Source: Candidatus Spongiisociaceae bacterium (GTDB lineage: Bacteria > Actinomycetota > Acidimicrobiia > Spongiisociales > Spongiisociaceae). Taken from it: DNA of 64,000 nt. The notes under the pieces are model-generated. The model did no database searches and had not been told where the DNA came from. It saw only the letters and a program-made list of their open reading frames with translations. Position 1 is the stretch's first letter. Each line of letters opens with the position of its first letter. Positions 26,905-36,377 of this stretch are shown one piece after another. The position numbers and the translations under genes were made by a program. The stretch is from NCBI GenBank assembly GCA_965219685.1, contig CBDCOH010000002.1, positions 3,744,001 to 3,808,000 of the forward strand, read 5' to 3'.

Positions 26905-28641
26905 ATGATGATCCACAGGCGAATCGTGGGGCTGACTGCCGGCGTGCGTCGGCTCCTTCTCCTCTCCATCGCGCTCGGCCTGGCCGTCTCCGCGACCTGG
27001 GTCGTCCAGGGGACGCTCATCGCGCTCGTCGTGCGCCGGATCCTCGACGGCGGCGGCTGGGATGCGATCGCCGGCTTCGTCGCCGCCGTCGCCGGCCTGA
27101 CCCTGCTCCGCGCGGTGCTGATCTTTGCCGGCGAAGTCCTGGCAAAGAACGTCTCAGCCGCCGTCAAGACCAAGCTGCGCCGCCGGCTGTTCGCTCAGCT
27201 GCTCCTGCTCGGACCCGGTTACCTGGAGCATACGGAAACGGGCAAGGTTCAAGCGACGTTGGTCGATGGGGTCGAAGCACTCGAGTCGTATGTCGGCTAC
27301 TACCTGCCCCATGCGGTGGTGTCGGTCGTAGTTCCCGTCTGCATCTTCGGCGTCATCGTGTCTCTCGATCCACTCATCGGCGTGGTGGTCCTGGCCTTCG
27401 CGCTGGCTGTGCCGCTCATCCCCCGCATCTGGGACCGCATCCTGGGGGAGTACGGCCAGCGGCACTGGGCGGCGTATTCGTCGCTGGATGCCCAGTTCGT
27501 CGACTCCATGCAGGGCATGGTCACGCTGAAAGCGCTGAACGCGAGCGAACGGCGGGGGGAACAACTCCGCGCTGCAAGCCAGACGCTCTACCGAGCCACC
27601 ATGGCGCAGCTCTCGATCTCGATGATCCGGAATGGACTGGTCGGGTTCGCGATGAGCGCCGGCGTCGCGCTCGCCGTCGGCATCGGGAGCTTCCAGGTCG
27701 TGGCCGGCGACCTGGACATCGCCGGGCTGCTGATCGTCCTCTTCCTCTCGGCCGAGTGCTTTCGACCCCTCGTCGAACTGGATGCCTACTGGCATGCCGG
27801 CTACATGGGCATCTCGGCTTCGACGGGCATATTCGAGCTGCTCGACACCGAACCGGGGATTCGTGACGCGGCCGCCGGGGGGACCGGCGTCGCCACATCG
27901 CCCGGCGGAGCGATCGCCCTGCACGACGTTACGTTTCGCTACTCGAGTGATGCCCGTCCGGCCCTCGAGGATGTATCCCTGAAGATTCGCGAGGGTGAGA
28001 CCCTCGCGATCGTCGGCAGCTCCGGTGCGGGAAAGACCACGGTCGCATCACTCCTGCTCCGGTTCTTCGATCCGCAGGAGGGTCGGCTGACGTTCGGTGA
28101 GACGGACTTCCGCGACATCCCACTGGACGACCTGCGGCGGTCCATCGGCTACGTCTCCCAGGACACGTATCTATTCGGTGGGACCATCGAGGAAAACCTC
28201 CGGATCGGCCGGCCCGACGCCACACCGGAGGCGATCCGGGACGCGGCCGCCAAGGCGAACATCCACGCCTTCATCCAGGCGCTTCCGGACGGCTACGACA
28301 CCATCGTGGGCGAGCGAGGCGCGAAGCTGTCGGGCGGCGAACGCCAGCGCATCGCCATCGCCCGGGCGCTCCTGAAGGACGCGCCGGTGCTCATCCTCGA
28401 CGAGGCCACCTCGAACCTCGACGGCGCCAACGAGGCGGCGATCCGCCAGGCACTCAGCCTCCTCACCAGGGGGCGGACCACCATCATCATCGCCCATCGC
28501 CTCTCGACGGTCGTGAACGCGGACCGAATCGTGGCGCTCGACAACGGCCGGGTCGCGGAGTCGGGCCGGCACGGGGATCTCGTGTCGCGCGGCGGCCACT
28601 ACGCGCAGTTGGTGCGCGCGCAGCGGGAAGGCGTCTCATGA
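26905..28641 (+). CDS. ABC half-transporter, exporter fold (IrtA/YbtP/CydD-like)
   Basis: TMD plus GSSGAGKT, LSGGERQR, LDEAT. Confidence 0.88.
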   Translation: MMIHRRIVGLTAGVRRLLLLSIALGLAVSATWVVQGTLIALVVRRILDGGGWDAIAGFVAAVAGLTLLRAVLIFAGEVLAKNVSAAVKTKLRRRLFAQLLLLGPGYLEHTETGKVQATLVDGVEALESYVGYYLPHAVVSVVVPVCIFGVIVSLDPLIGVVVLAFALAVPLIPRIWDRILGEYGQRHWAAYSSLDAQFVDSMQGMVTLKALNASERRGEQLRAASQTLYRATMAQLSISMIRNGLVGFAMSAGVALAVGIGSFQVVAGDLDIAGLLIVLFLSAECFRPLVELDAYWHAGYMGISASTGIFELLDTEPGIRDAAAGGTGVATSPGGAIALHDVTFRYSSDARPALEDVSLKIREGETLAIVGSSGAGKTTVASLLLRFFDPQEGRLTFGETDFRDIPLDDLRRSIGYVSQDTYLFGGTIEENLRIGRPDATPEAIRDAAAKANIHAFIQALPDGYDTIVGERGAKLSGGERQRIAIARALLKDAPVLILDEATSNLDGANEAAIRQALSLLTRGRTTIIIAHRLSTVVNADRIVALDNGRVAESGRHGDLVSRGGHYAQLVRAQREGVS

Positions 28642-30449
28642 CCACGACGGGCGACCCGAGGACCGCGCCGGCGCAGGCCGGACGGAAGGCGACCCGGTTC
28701 TCGTCCGGGTTCTGGCAACTCCTCTGGATGATCCGGGGTTACTTCGGCCTCATGGCGGTCACGATCGTGACGGGCGTGTTGAACCAGGGCGCCACGATTG
28801 CCGCCGCGGCGCTCGGCGCCTACATGGTCGGCCAGGTTGCGGTCGGCGCCACTGCGGCCGAGCTTCGCACGCCTGCGGTTGCGCTGGGGGCCGCCGTCAT
28901 CCTCCGGGCCGTGATGGCGTGGGCCGAGATGTGGGTAGCGCATGATCTGGCCTACCGGATCCTGGCCGAACTGCGCGGCCATCTCTACTCAGCTCTCGAA
29001 CGGCTCGCCCCCGGCTACCTGATCCAGCGGCGGTCCGGCGACGTGGCGTCCACTGCCATGGCCGACATCGAAACCGCTGAGTGGTTCTATGCCCACACCG
29101 TCGGAACGTTCGTCGTGGCCGTCGTGGTTCCGTTCCTGGCGTTCGCCACCCTGGGAGCGATGCACTGGACCCTTGCGCTCGTGCTTCTGCCGTTCGCGGT
29201 TCTGGTCGCCGGCGCGCCACTCGTGCTGCGGCGTCGCGCCGCCAGGCAGGGCGACGCGCTGAGGGCCGACCTCGGCAATCTGAACGCGGAGGTTGTGGAC
29301 GGCGTGCAGGGCCTGCGCGAGCTGGTGGCCTTCGGCTCCCAGCGGAGGTACCTCGCCAACCTCGAGTCCCACAGCAAGCGGCTCGTCCGCTCGCAACTGG
29401 TCTATGGAATGCGGGCAGGGGTCGAGCAGGGCGCCGTGGTGGCGTTCATGAGCGGTGGCATGCTGAGCGTCGTTGCGGTTGCGGCAAACCACGTTTCGCG
29501 TGGTGACCTCGACCCTGCCTACTACCCCGTGGCGATCACGCTCGCCATCTTTGTCTTCGTCCCGATTCTCGCCGTTGCGAAGGTGGCCCAGAGTCTCGGG
29601 ATCGTCTTCGCGTCGGCCGACCGCGCCTTCCACCTGTTGCGTGAACCGGCGCCGGTCAAGGACGCCCCGGGGGCCACTCCGCCGGATTCCGAGGTGGAGC
29701 CCCGAGTCACTTTCACCGGAGTGACGTTCGGCTACCCCGGCGGCGGGGCTCCCGCCTTGCAGGATGTTTCACTCGAGATCGCGCCCGGGGAAACCGTGGC
29801 GCTCGTGGGCCATTCCGGGGCGGGGAAGACCACTTGCGCGAGCCTGCTCATGCGCTTCTGGGATGTAGGCGCCGGAACCATTGCCATCGGGGGCCACGAC
29901 GTACGCCACCTGCCCCAGCGCTTCCTCCGAGAGATCATCGCGTGGGTGCCGCAGGACATCTATCTCTTCAATACGAGCCTGCGGGAGAACATTCGCATGG
30001 CACGCCCCCGAGCCACCGACGCCGAGGTCGAGAACGCAGCACGGACGGCCCTGGCGCACGAGTTCATCACCGATATGCCCCGCGGCTACGACACCGTCGC
30101 AGGGGAGCGCGGCGTTCAGATGTCCGGTGGCCAGCGCCAGCGCATCGCGATCGCCCGGGCCCTGCTGAAGGACTCACCGGTCCTCGTACTCGACGAAGCG
30201 GTGTCGAGTCTCGACACTCGCAACGAGCAGGAACTCAACCTGGCGCTCCATGCTGTCCGCCAGGGGCGGGCGACCCTCGTCATCGCTCACCGGCTGTCGA
30301 CGATTCGCAGCGCCGACCGGATCGTCGTCCTCGAGGAAGGGCGTGTGGTGGAACAGGGCACCCATGACGACCTCCTTGGTCACGGCCGCGTCTACCGCTC
30401 GCTGATCGCCGCACAGACCGAGGCGGCCCACCGTGTCTCCACCGGGTAG
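28638..30449 (+). CDS. ABC half-transporter, exporter fold (IrtB/YbtQ/CydC-like)
   Basis: TMD plus GHSGAGKT, MSGGQRQR; ATGA overlap. Confidence 0.88.
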   Translation: MTTTGDPRTAPAQAGRKATRFSSGFWQLLWMIRGYFGLMAVTIVTGVLNQGATIAAAALGAYMVGQVAVGATAAELRTPAVALGAAVILRAVMAWAEMWVAHDLAYRILAELRGHLYSALERLAPGYLIQRRSGDVASTAMADIETAEWFYAHTVGTFVVAVVVPFLAFATLGAMHWTLALVLLPFAVLVAGAPLVLRRRAARQGDALRADLGNLNAEVVDGVQGLRELVAFGSQRRYLANLESHSKRLVRSQLVYGMRAGVEQGAVVAFMSGGMLSVVAVAANHVSRGDLDPAYYPVAITLAIFVFVPILAVAKVAQSLGIVFASADRAFHLLREPAPVKDAPGATPPDSEVEPRVTFTGVTFGYPGGGAPALQDVSLEIAPGETVALVGHSGAGKTTCASLLMRFWDVGAGTIAIGGHDVRHLPQRFLREIIAWVPQDIYLFNTSLRENIRMARPRATDAEVENAARTALAHEFITDMPRGYDTVAGERGVQMSGGQRQRIAIARALLKDSPVLVLDEAVSSLDTRNEQELNLALHAVRQGRATLVIAHRLSTIRSADRIVVLEEGRVVEQGTHDDLLGHGRVYRSLIAAQTEAAHRVSTG

Positions 30450-30575
30450 GCGCCTCGCCCCCGACGCGACCTGGGTCAGGACGCACAGCCGCGGTGGGCG
30501 AGGAACATCGGTTCCGGGGGCCGTGGCGGCATCCGCCCGGATCGGCCCGGTGTGTAGCCCGGTTGCCGTTACAAA

Positions 30576-30590
30576 TGAGAATCATTATCA
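30576..30590. promoter_or_regulatory. Zur/Fur-like 7-1-7 box
   Basis: TGAGAAT-C-ATTATCA (one mismatch from palindrome) upstream of the Zn ABC operon. Confidence 0.7.
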
Positions 30591-30639
30591 TTCATTTGCC
30601 TCATGACAGCCGTCGAGTGACCGAGAAGGAGGACTTGGA

Positions 30640-33030
30640 GTGTTGACAATGCCGGATCGTAAGACAGGCTTAGGACGTATGGCCCGGGTATTGACTGCGG
30701 GCCTCGTCATGTTCGTTGTGGCTCTCCTGGCTGCCTGCGGGGATGACCCGGACACGCAGACGACGGAAGCGTCGGCAACAACTGCCGCCGTCGAGAGCGC
30801 CACACCCTCCGGCCCGCCGATCCAGGTGGTGGCAACCACCAACTTCGTGGCTGACTGGGCTCGAGTCGTGGGTGGAGAGAGGGTCGAGGTCTTCGGCCTG
30901 CTGCAACCGGGTGGTGATCCGCACTCATTCCAGCCGGGAGCGCGCGACGTTGCCAGGGTGGCGGATGCGGATGTCGTGTTCACTGTCGGTCTCGGTCTGG
31001 AAGCAGATTGGCTGGACGATCTGTTACGCAGTGCCAGCGCGGATGAGTCCCGGATTGTCGCGCTTGGCGACTTTGTGGATCCCATCGAGTTCGCGGACGA
31101 CATGCACGATGATCATGCGGATCACGACGATGACCACGCGGATCACGCGGATGATCATATGGATCACGATGATCACGAGGATGATCATGCGGATCACGAC
31201 GACCACGCGGATGACGCCCATGGCGAGATGATCGCGGGCCGCCTGGTCGTGGCGGATGCGGCAGAAGCGCACCTTTCGGTCATCGATCTGTCGACTGATG
31301 ACGTTGACAGCGGGATCTTCGAGGTCGCCGCGCCCGGCGCGACCGTGTATCCCAGTCCCACCCATCGCTACGCCATCGTCCTCGCCCGCGGGCCGGAGGA
31401 CAGCGACGACCGCATCCATGTCTTCGACGGCGGGGTGTTCCTCGTCCCGCACGGCGATCACTACGACCTGGTCAGCGAGCCCGTGTCACGCCACTCGCTC
31501 GAGATCGCCGAGGAAATGCCGGTCCATTACGTCAACACCCACGGCTGGACCACGATCTTCGCCGACGCCGAGGGCCACGTGATCCTGATCAACGAGCAAG
31601 ATCTGGCCAACTCGACGGGCGACTATGAACCGATCGTGCTCGAGGCCGGGCCGCAACATGGCGCAGCTCTGGTGATCTCAGAGGGACACATCGCCGTCAC
31701 GACTCCGCATCCGGAGTACGCCGAAAACCCCGATTTCTGGAACATTCTTCCAGAAGGTGTTGAAGTGCGTACGTTTGACAACGAACTCGTCTTCGACGCG
31801 GGCGAATGCCATCGCCTGCACGGCGAATCGCATAACGCGCACGGCGCCGTCTTCGGATGCTGGGACGGGACGCTCTTCCTGGACGCGCACGACGGCGAGT
31901 ACGAGCGTGAGCTCATCCCATATCCACCGGAGGCCGGCGAATACGGAGAGTTCGCGATCGGCCAGTACTTCGGTCATCATCACAGCGACCACTTCTTCGG
32001 CCAGTCGACCCTCTTCCCCGGCGGGGAGTGTTGTGTCCAGGGCGGCGTCTGGCTGGTGGACGTGGCCCACGGCGAAATGAGCGAGGTGTTCGCTGAGCCC
32101 AGTGCTGCGGCTGCGTTCTCCAGCGACGGCGAAACCTTCTACATGCTCGCGGCTGACGGCGTGCTGCGCGCGTTCGACGCCCATGACGGCGAACTGATCG
32201 GCACCATGCAGTTGGTGGACCCGTTCGAGATGGTGTTCGGGAGTCCCTCGCCCGCGATCGTCGTCGTCGGCGACATGATGTACGTCGCCGACCCGAACAG
32301 CGGTCATGTCCTCGGGGTCCATCTCACGCACATGGAGATCGAAGAGGAATGGCACGTCGGCGGCGCGCCGTCGAGCCTGGCCTTCGTCGGTATCGCCGAC
32401 TCGGGCGACGCACACGAAGATGAGCACGCGCACGAAGATGAGCACGCGCACGAAGATGAACACGGGCACGAAGAGGACGGCCACGCTCACCACGATCACG
32501 GCCCTCATGATCCGCACTTCTGGTTCGATCCGATCCGGGTGAAGGTCGCAGTCAACGAGATAGCCATGCGGTTTGCGGCCTTAGACCCCGCGAACGCAGA
32601 CACCTACTTCCAGAACGCCGCGGAATACGCGCAAGAGCTGGACGAGCTTCACGCCTGGACCCAGGAGCAGGTCAGCATGGTGCCGCCGGAGCGCAGACAA
32701 CTGGTCACGTCACATGACAGCCTTTCCTACTTCGCAAGCCTCTATGGGTTCGAGATAGTTGGTCTAGTGATACCTTCCCTGTCTCCTGATGTGGAGCCCT
32801 CCGCGGAGCACATTGCGGGACTGGTCGACGTGATACGGGAGCACAACGTGCCGGCATTGTTCGGCGAGACGACGGTCAGCGACAAGCTGGCGCAAGCCGT
32901 GGCGAGGGAGACCGGTGCGATCCTGGTCCAGCTCTACTCGGGCTCGCTCGGGGCGGAAGGCAGCGGCGCCGACACGTACCTCGGCATGGTGCGGGCAAAC
33001 GTGGAACGTATTGTTGAGGCATTGAAGTGA
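30640..33030 (+). CDS. ZnuA/AztC-type metal-binding lipoprotein with nested AztD-like domain
   Basis: LAAC; GGDPHSFQP and GLGLE; His-rich tract; HGDH/LHGE/FGC insert; second His-rich tract; DPHFWFDP, TSHDS. Confidence 0.85.
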   Translation: MLTMPDRKTGLGRMARVLTAGLVMFVVALLAACGDDPDTQTTEASATTAAVESATPSGPPIQVVATTNFVADWARVVGGERVEVFGLLQPGGDPHSFQPGARDVARVADADVVFTVGLGLEADWLDDLLRSASADESRIVALGDFVDPIEFADDMHDDHADHDDDHADHADDHMDHDDHEDDHADHDDHADDAHGEMIAGRLVVADAAEAHLSVIDLSTDDVDSGIFEVAAPGATVYPSPTHRYAIVLARGPEDSDDRIHVFDGGVFLVPHGDHYDLVSEPVSRHSLEIAEEMPVHYVNTHGWTTIFADAEGHVILINEQDLANSTGDYEPIVLEAGPQHGAALVISEGHIAVTTPHPEYAENPDFWNILPEGVEVRTFDNELVFDAGECHRLHGESHNAHGAVFGCWDGTLFLDAHDGEYERELIPYPPEAGEYGEFAIGQYFGHHHSDHFFGQSTLFPGGECCVQGGVWLVDVAHGEMSEVFAEPSAAAAFSSDGETFYMLAADGVLRAFDAHDGELIGTMQLVDPFEMVFGSPSPAIVVVGDMMYVADPNSGHVLGVHLTHMEIEEEWHVGGAPSSLAFVGIADSGDAHEDEHAHEDEHAHEDEHGHEEDGHAHHDHGPHDPHFWFDPIRVKVAVNEIAMRFAALDPANADTYFQNAAEYAQELDELHAWTQEQVSMVPPERRQLVTSHDSLSYFASLYGFEIVGLVIPSLSPDVEPSAEHIAGLVDVIREHNVPALFGETTVSDKLAQAVARETGAILVQLYSGSLGAEGSGADTYLGMVRANVERIVEALK

Positions 33031-33782
33031 CCACCGGTCCGACCTCACACAGGGCGAGCATGTCGCTTCAGGGCGTGACTGTCGAGTTCGGCGGGCACCA
33101 GGCCCTGAGCAACGTCACCTTCGACGTGGATGCGGGGACCCTGATGGGAGTTGTCGGACCGAATGGAGCCGGCAAGAGCACCCTCTTCAATGCCATTGCA
33201 GGCCTCCTCCCGGTTCGCCAGGGCACGGTGACCCTTCACCGCGGGGGGCAGGAGAGCGGAGCGTTGGCATACGTGCCTCAACAAGAAAGCGTCAACTGGC
33301 GGCTGCCTGTGACCGCGATGGACGTTGTGATGATGGGCCGCTGCTGCAGGATGGGATGGTTCCGGCGGCCCGGGAAGAAAGACCGAGAGATCGTCAATGC
33401 GTGCCTGGGCCGGGTGGGTCTGTGGGACCATCGCTCTGCTCTGATGACGGAGCTTTCGGGAGGGCAGAGGCAGAGGGTGTTCATCGGCAGGGCGCTGGCC
33501 CAGGAGGCAAGCGTGCTCCTGCTGGACGAGGCCTTCAGCGGCGTTGACGCGGGCGCCCAGGAAGCCCTGGTCGGGGTCCTCCGGACCCTGCGGGATGAAG
33601 GGCGAATCATCCTTCTGGCGACCCACGACCTCACCAACCTGGCCGGCCGCTTCGACGAGGTGCTGTGTCTGAACCGCCACGTGTGCGCCTGCGGTCCTCC
33701 CGACGAGGTGTTCACGTCCGAGGTCATGGAGCAGTTGTACGGCGCCCACGGTGTGTGCCTCACCATGGACGGGGAGAGCTAA
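33027..33782 (+). CDS. Zn/Mn ABC ATPase (ZnuC-like)
   Basis: GPNGAGKS, YVPQ, LSGGQRQR. Confidence 0.9.
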   Translation: MTTGPTSHRASMSLQGVTVEFGGHQALSNVTFDVDAGTLMGVVGPNGAGKSTLFNAIAGLLPVRQGTVTLHRGGQESGALAYVPQQESVNWRLPVTAMDVVMMGRCCRMGWFRRPGKKDREIVNACLGRVGLWDHRSALMTELSGGQRQRVFIGRALAQEASVLLLDEAFSGVDAGAQEALVGVLRTLRDEGRIILLATHDLTNLAGRFDEVLCLNRHVCACGPPDEVFTSEVMEQLYGAHGVCLTMDGES

Positions 33783-33791
33783 CAGCTCGAC

Positions 33792-34610
33792 GTGATAGAT
33801 TTCGTTGTCGTACCCCTAGAGCACGGCTTCATGGTGAGAGCCCTCATCGGCTCGATCCTCGTGGGCGTGATGTGTCCGCTGGTCGGCGCGTACGCCGTCA
33901 CCAGGAACCTCGCCTTCATCGGGGACGCTCTCGCCCACGCCGTGCTTCCGGGATTGGTGCTCGGGTTCATAGTCGGCATCAACCCGGCGATAGTCGCAGT
34001 CCCGGTCGGGGTCTCCGTTGCGGTGCTGGTCAGGACGGTGAGCCGGCGTGCGGGCCTCAGCCCGGATACCTCCATAGGCATTCTGTTCGCGACCATGTTT
34101 GCCCTAGGACTAGTAATGCTGGCTACTTCAAGGACGATTACGGTCGACATTGAAGACCTGCTCCTGGGGCAGATCCTGGCAATAACCCCCACCGGCATCT
34201 ACGTGTCCCTCGGGATAACCGTGATGGTCATCCTGGGGCTATTCGCCTTCCACCATTGGCTGCTATTCGCCAGCTTCGACCCCCTGGGGGCGCAGGTCAT
34301 CGGCATGCGCGCAAAGTTCGCAGACTACGCCTTTCTGGTCATGCTCGCCCTCGTCATCGTGATAGGAATCCAAGCGGCGGGCATCGTCCTGGTCATGGCA
34401 ATGCTGGTGATACCCGCCGCCACGGCGTACCTGTTGGCGAGGCGTTTCGTCCCGGTCATGATGACGGCCGCGGCGTTGGGGACCGTGGCCGCCGTCACGG
34501 GCCTCTATTCCTCCTACTACTTCAACCTGCCGGCCGGTCCCGCCATGACCCTGGTGGCAAGCGCGCTGTTCCTGCTGGTCGTCGCATTCAGACGACGAGC
34601 CCCGGCCTGA
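33792..34610 (+). CDS. Zn/Mn ABC permease (ZnuB-like)
   Basis: GDALAHAVLPG, SFDP, IPAATA. Confidence 0.9.
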   Translation: MIDFVVVPLEHGFMVRALIGSILVGVMCPLVGAYAVTRNLAFIGDALAHAVLPGLVLGFIVGINPAIVAVPVGVSVAVLVRTVSRRAGLSPDTSIGILFATMFALGLVMLATSRTITVDIEDLLLGQILAITPTGIYVSLGITVMVILGLFAFHHWLLFASFDPLGAQVIGMRAKFADYAFLVMLALVIVIGIQAAGIVLVMAMLVIPAATAYLLARRFVPVMMTAAALGTVAAVTGLYSSYYFNLPAGPAMTLVASALFLLVVAFRRRAPA

Positions 34611-34793
34611 GAATCTCCTCTATCGAGAGCGGCCCCCCGTTGTCCAGGGAGCGTCGTCTAAAGGGGCATCCGTGACGGCCTTCTCCCTCATAGCCACGCG
34701 GGAGGGCAGAGAGGCTTGGTCGTCGGTTGCCAAGATCCGGGGCGGTTCGGCGATCTTGCGGCGGTACTAATCTGCGCCTTCTTGCGGAGAATC

Positions 34794-36377
34794 ATGCAAT
34801 ACGAGTGGTGGCACGAAGCCGTCATCTACCAGATCTACCCCCGGAGCTTCATGGATTCGAACGGGGACGGGATCGGTGATCTGGCCGGCATCACCTCCAA
34901 GCTCGACTACCTGGCCGAAACGCTCGGGGTCGACGCCATCTGGATCTCGCCGTTCTACAAGTCGCCGATGGCGGACTTCGGCTACGACGTGGCCGACTAC
35001 GTGGATGTGGATCCCATGTTCGGCACCCTCGACGACTTCGACGCACTGGTGGACCGTGCCCACGCGCTCGACCTCCGGGTGATCGTCGACTGGGTTCCCA
35101 ACCACTCCTCTTCCATGCATCCCTGGTTCGTGGAGTCCCGCTCGTCCCGTGACAACCCCAAGCGCGACTGGTACGTGTGGAAGGACCCTGCACCGGACGG
35201 CTCGGAGCCCAACAACTGGATCTCGGTGTTCAGCGGCCCGGCATGGACCTTCGACGAGCACACCGGGCAGTACTACCTGCACAGCTTCCTGTCCAGCCAG
35301 CCCGACCTGAACTGGCGGAACCCGGCTCTGGCCGAGGCCATGCTGGACACCCTCCGCTTCTGGTTGCGCCGCGGCGTTGACGGCTTCAGACTGGACGCCT
35401 GCCACTTCGCGATGAAGGACCCCCTGTATCGGTCCAATCCCGTGCTGGAACGTCCGGCGCACGGCTACAAGGACCTCGGGGAGTACGACCGCCTGGTCCA
35501 CCTCTACGACCGGGGACATCCGGACATCCATGGACTGTTCAGGGACGTCAGGGCGGTACTCGATGCCTTCTCGGAGGAACGGCCGAGGTTCTCGGTCGGT
35601 GAGATCCACCTCGAAGGGGAGGAGTGGGCGTCCTACTACGGCGACGGCGACGAACTCCACATGCCTTACCACTTCGGAATGCTCAACGGGGACTGGACCG
35701 CCGCATGGGCCCGGGGCGTGGTCGAGAGCCAGGAAGCTGTCCTCCCCGCCGGGGCGTGGCCCAACTACGTGCTGGGCAACCACGACGAGATCCGGATCGC
35801 CACCAGGTACGGCGACCGGCGGGCCCGGATGGCCACCCTCATGCTCCTCACCCTGCGGGGAACGCCCACCCTGTATTACGGCGACGAACTGGGGATGGTC
35901 CAGGCCGACATCCCACCGGACCGCCAGCAGGACCCCTGGGGCCGGCGGCAGCCGGGCCTCGGCCGGGACGGATGCCGCACCCCGATGCAGTGGGAGGCGG
36001 GACCCGGCGGTGGCTTCACATCCGCACGCCCATGGCTGGGCACCGTGGATCCGGATCGTGTCCTGAACGTGGAGGCACAGCTGGCCGATCCTGGTTCCAT
36101 GCTCAACCTCACACGCCGTCTCCTCGAGGTCCGCAAGGGTTCGAGGGCGCTGCGCGTCGGCTGCTACGAAGCCATACAGGGCCTGCCGGAGACTGTCTTC
36201 GGCTATCACCGCCGGGTCGATGGAGAGTCCGTGTCCGTCTACCTGAACTTCGGGGACCATCCGGTCGAGGTGCCGGCTGACGGACGGGTTCTCGTGGCCA
36301 CAGGCCCGGGCATCCGCGGCCGCGTCGACGGCGCCCTCTCGCTGGACGCCATTGACGGAGCTGTACTGGGTTCGTGA
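34794..36377 (+). CDS. GH13 alpha-glucosidase
   Basis: YQIYPRSF, DFGYD, VPNH, GFRLDA, NHD. Confidence 0.92.
   Translation: MQYEWWHEAVIYQIYPRSFMDSNGDGIGDLAGITSKLDYLAETLGVDAIWISPFYKSPMADFGYDVADYVDVDPMFGTLDDFDALVDRAHALDLRVIVDWVPNHSSSMHPWFVESRSSRDNPKRDWYVWKDPAPDGSEPNNWISVFSGPAWTFDEHTGQYYLHSFLSSQPDLNWRNPALAEAMLDTLRFWLRRGVDGFRLDACHFAMKDPLYRSNPVLERPAHGYKDLGEYDRLVHLYDRGHPDIHGLFRDVRAVLDAFSEERPRFSVGEIHLEGEEWASYYGDGDELHMPYHFGMLNGDWTAAWARGVVESQEAVLPAGAWPNYVLGNHDEIRIATRYGDRRARMATLMLLTLRGTPTLYYGDELGMVQADIPPDRQQDPWGRRQPGLGRDGCRTPMQWEAGPGGGFTSARPWLGTVDPDRVLNVEAQLADPGSMLNLTRRLLEVRKGSRALRVGCYEAIQGLPETVFGYHRRVDGESVSVYLNFGDHPVEVPADGRVLVATGPGIRGRVDGALSLDAIDGAVLGS

Noticed and set aside
34767-36260. Long antisense ORFs (also 753-1598, 6887-8137, 15652-16845, 38902-40293, 61339-62757)
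   Set aside because: Shadows of well-supported genes with no recognisable motifs.
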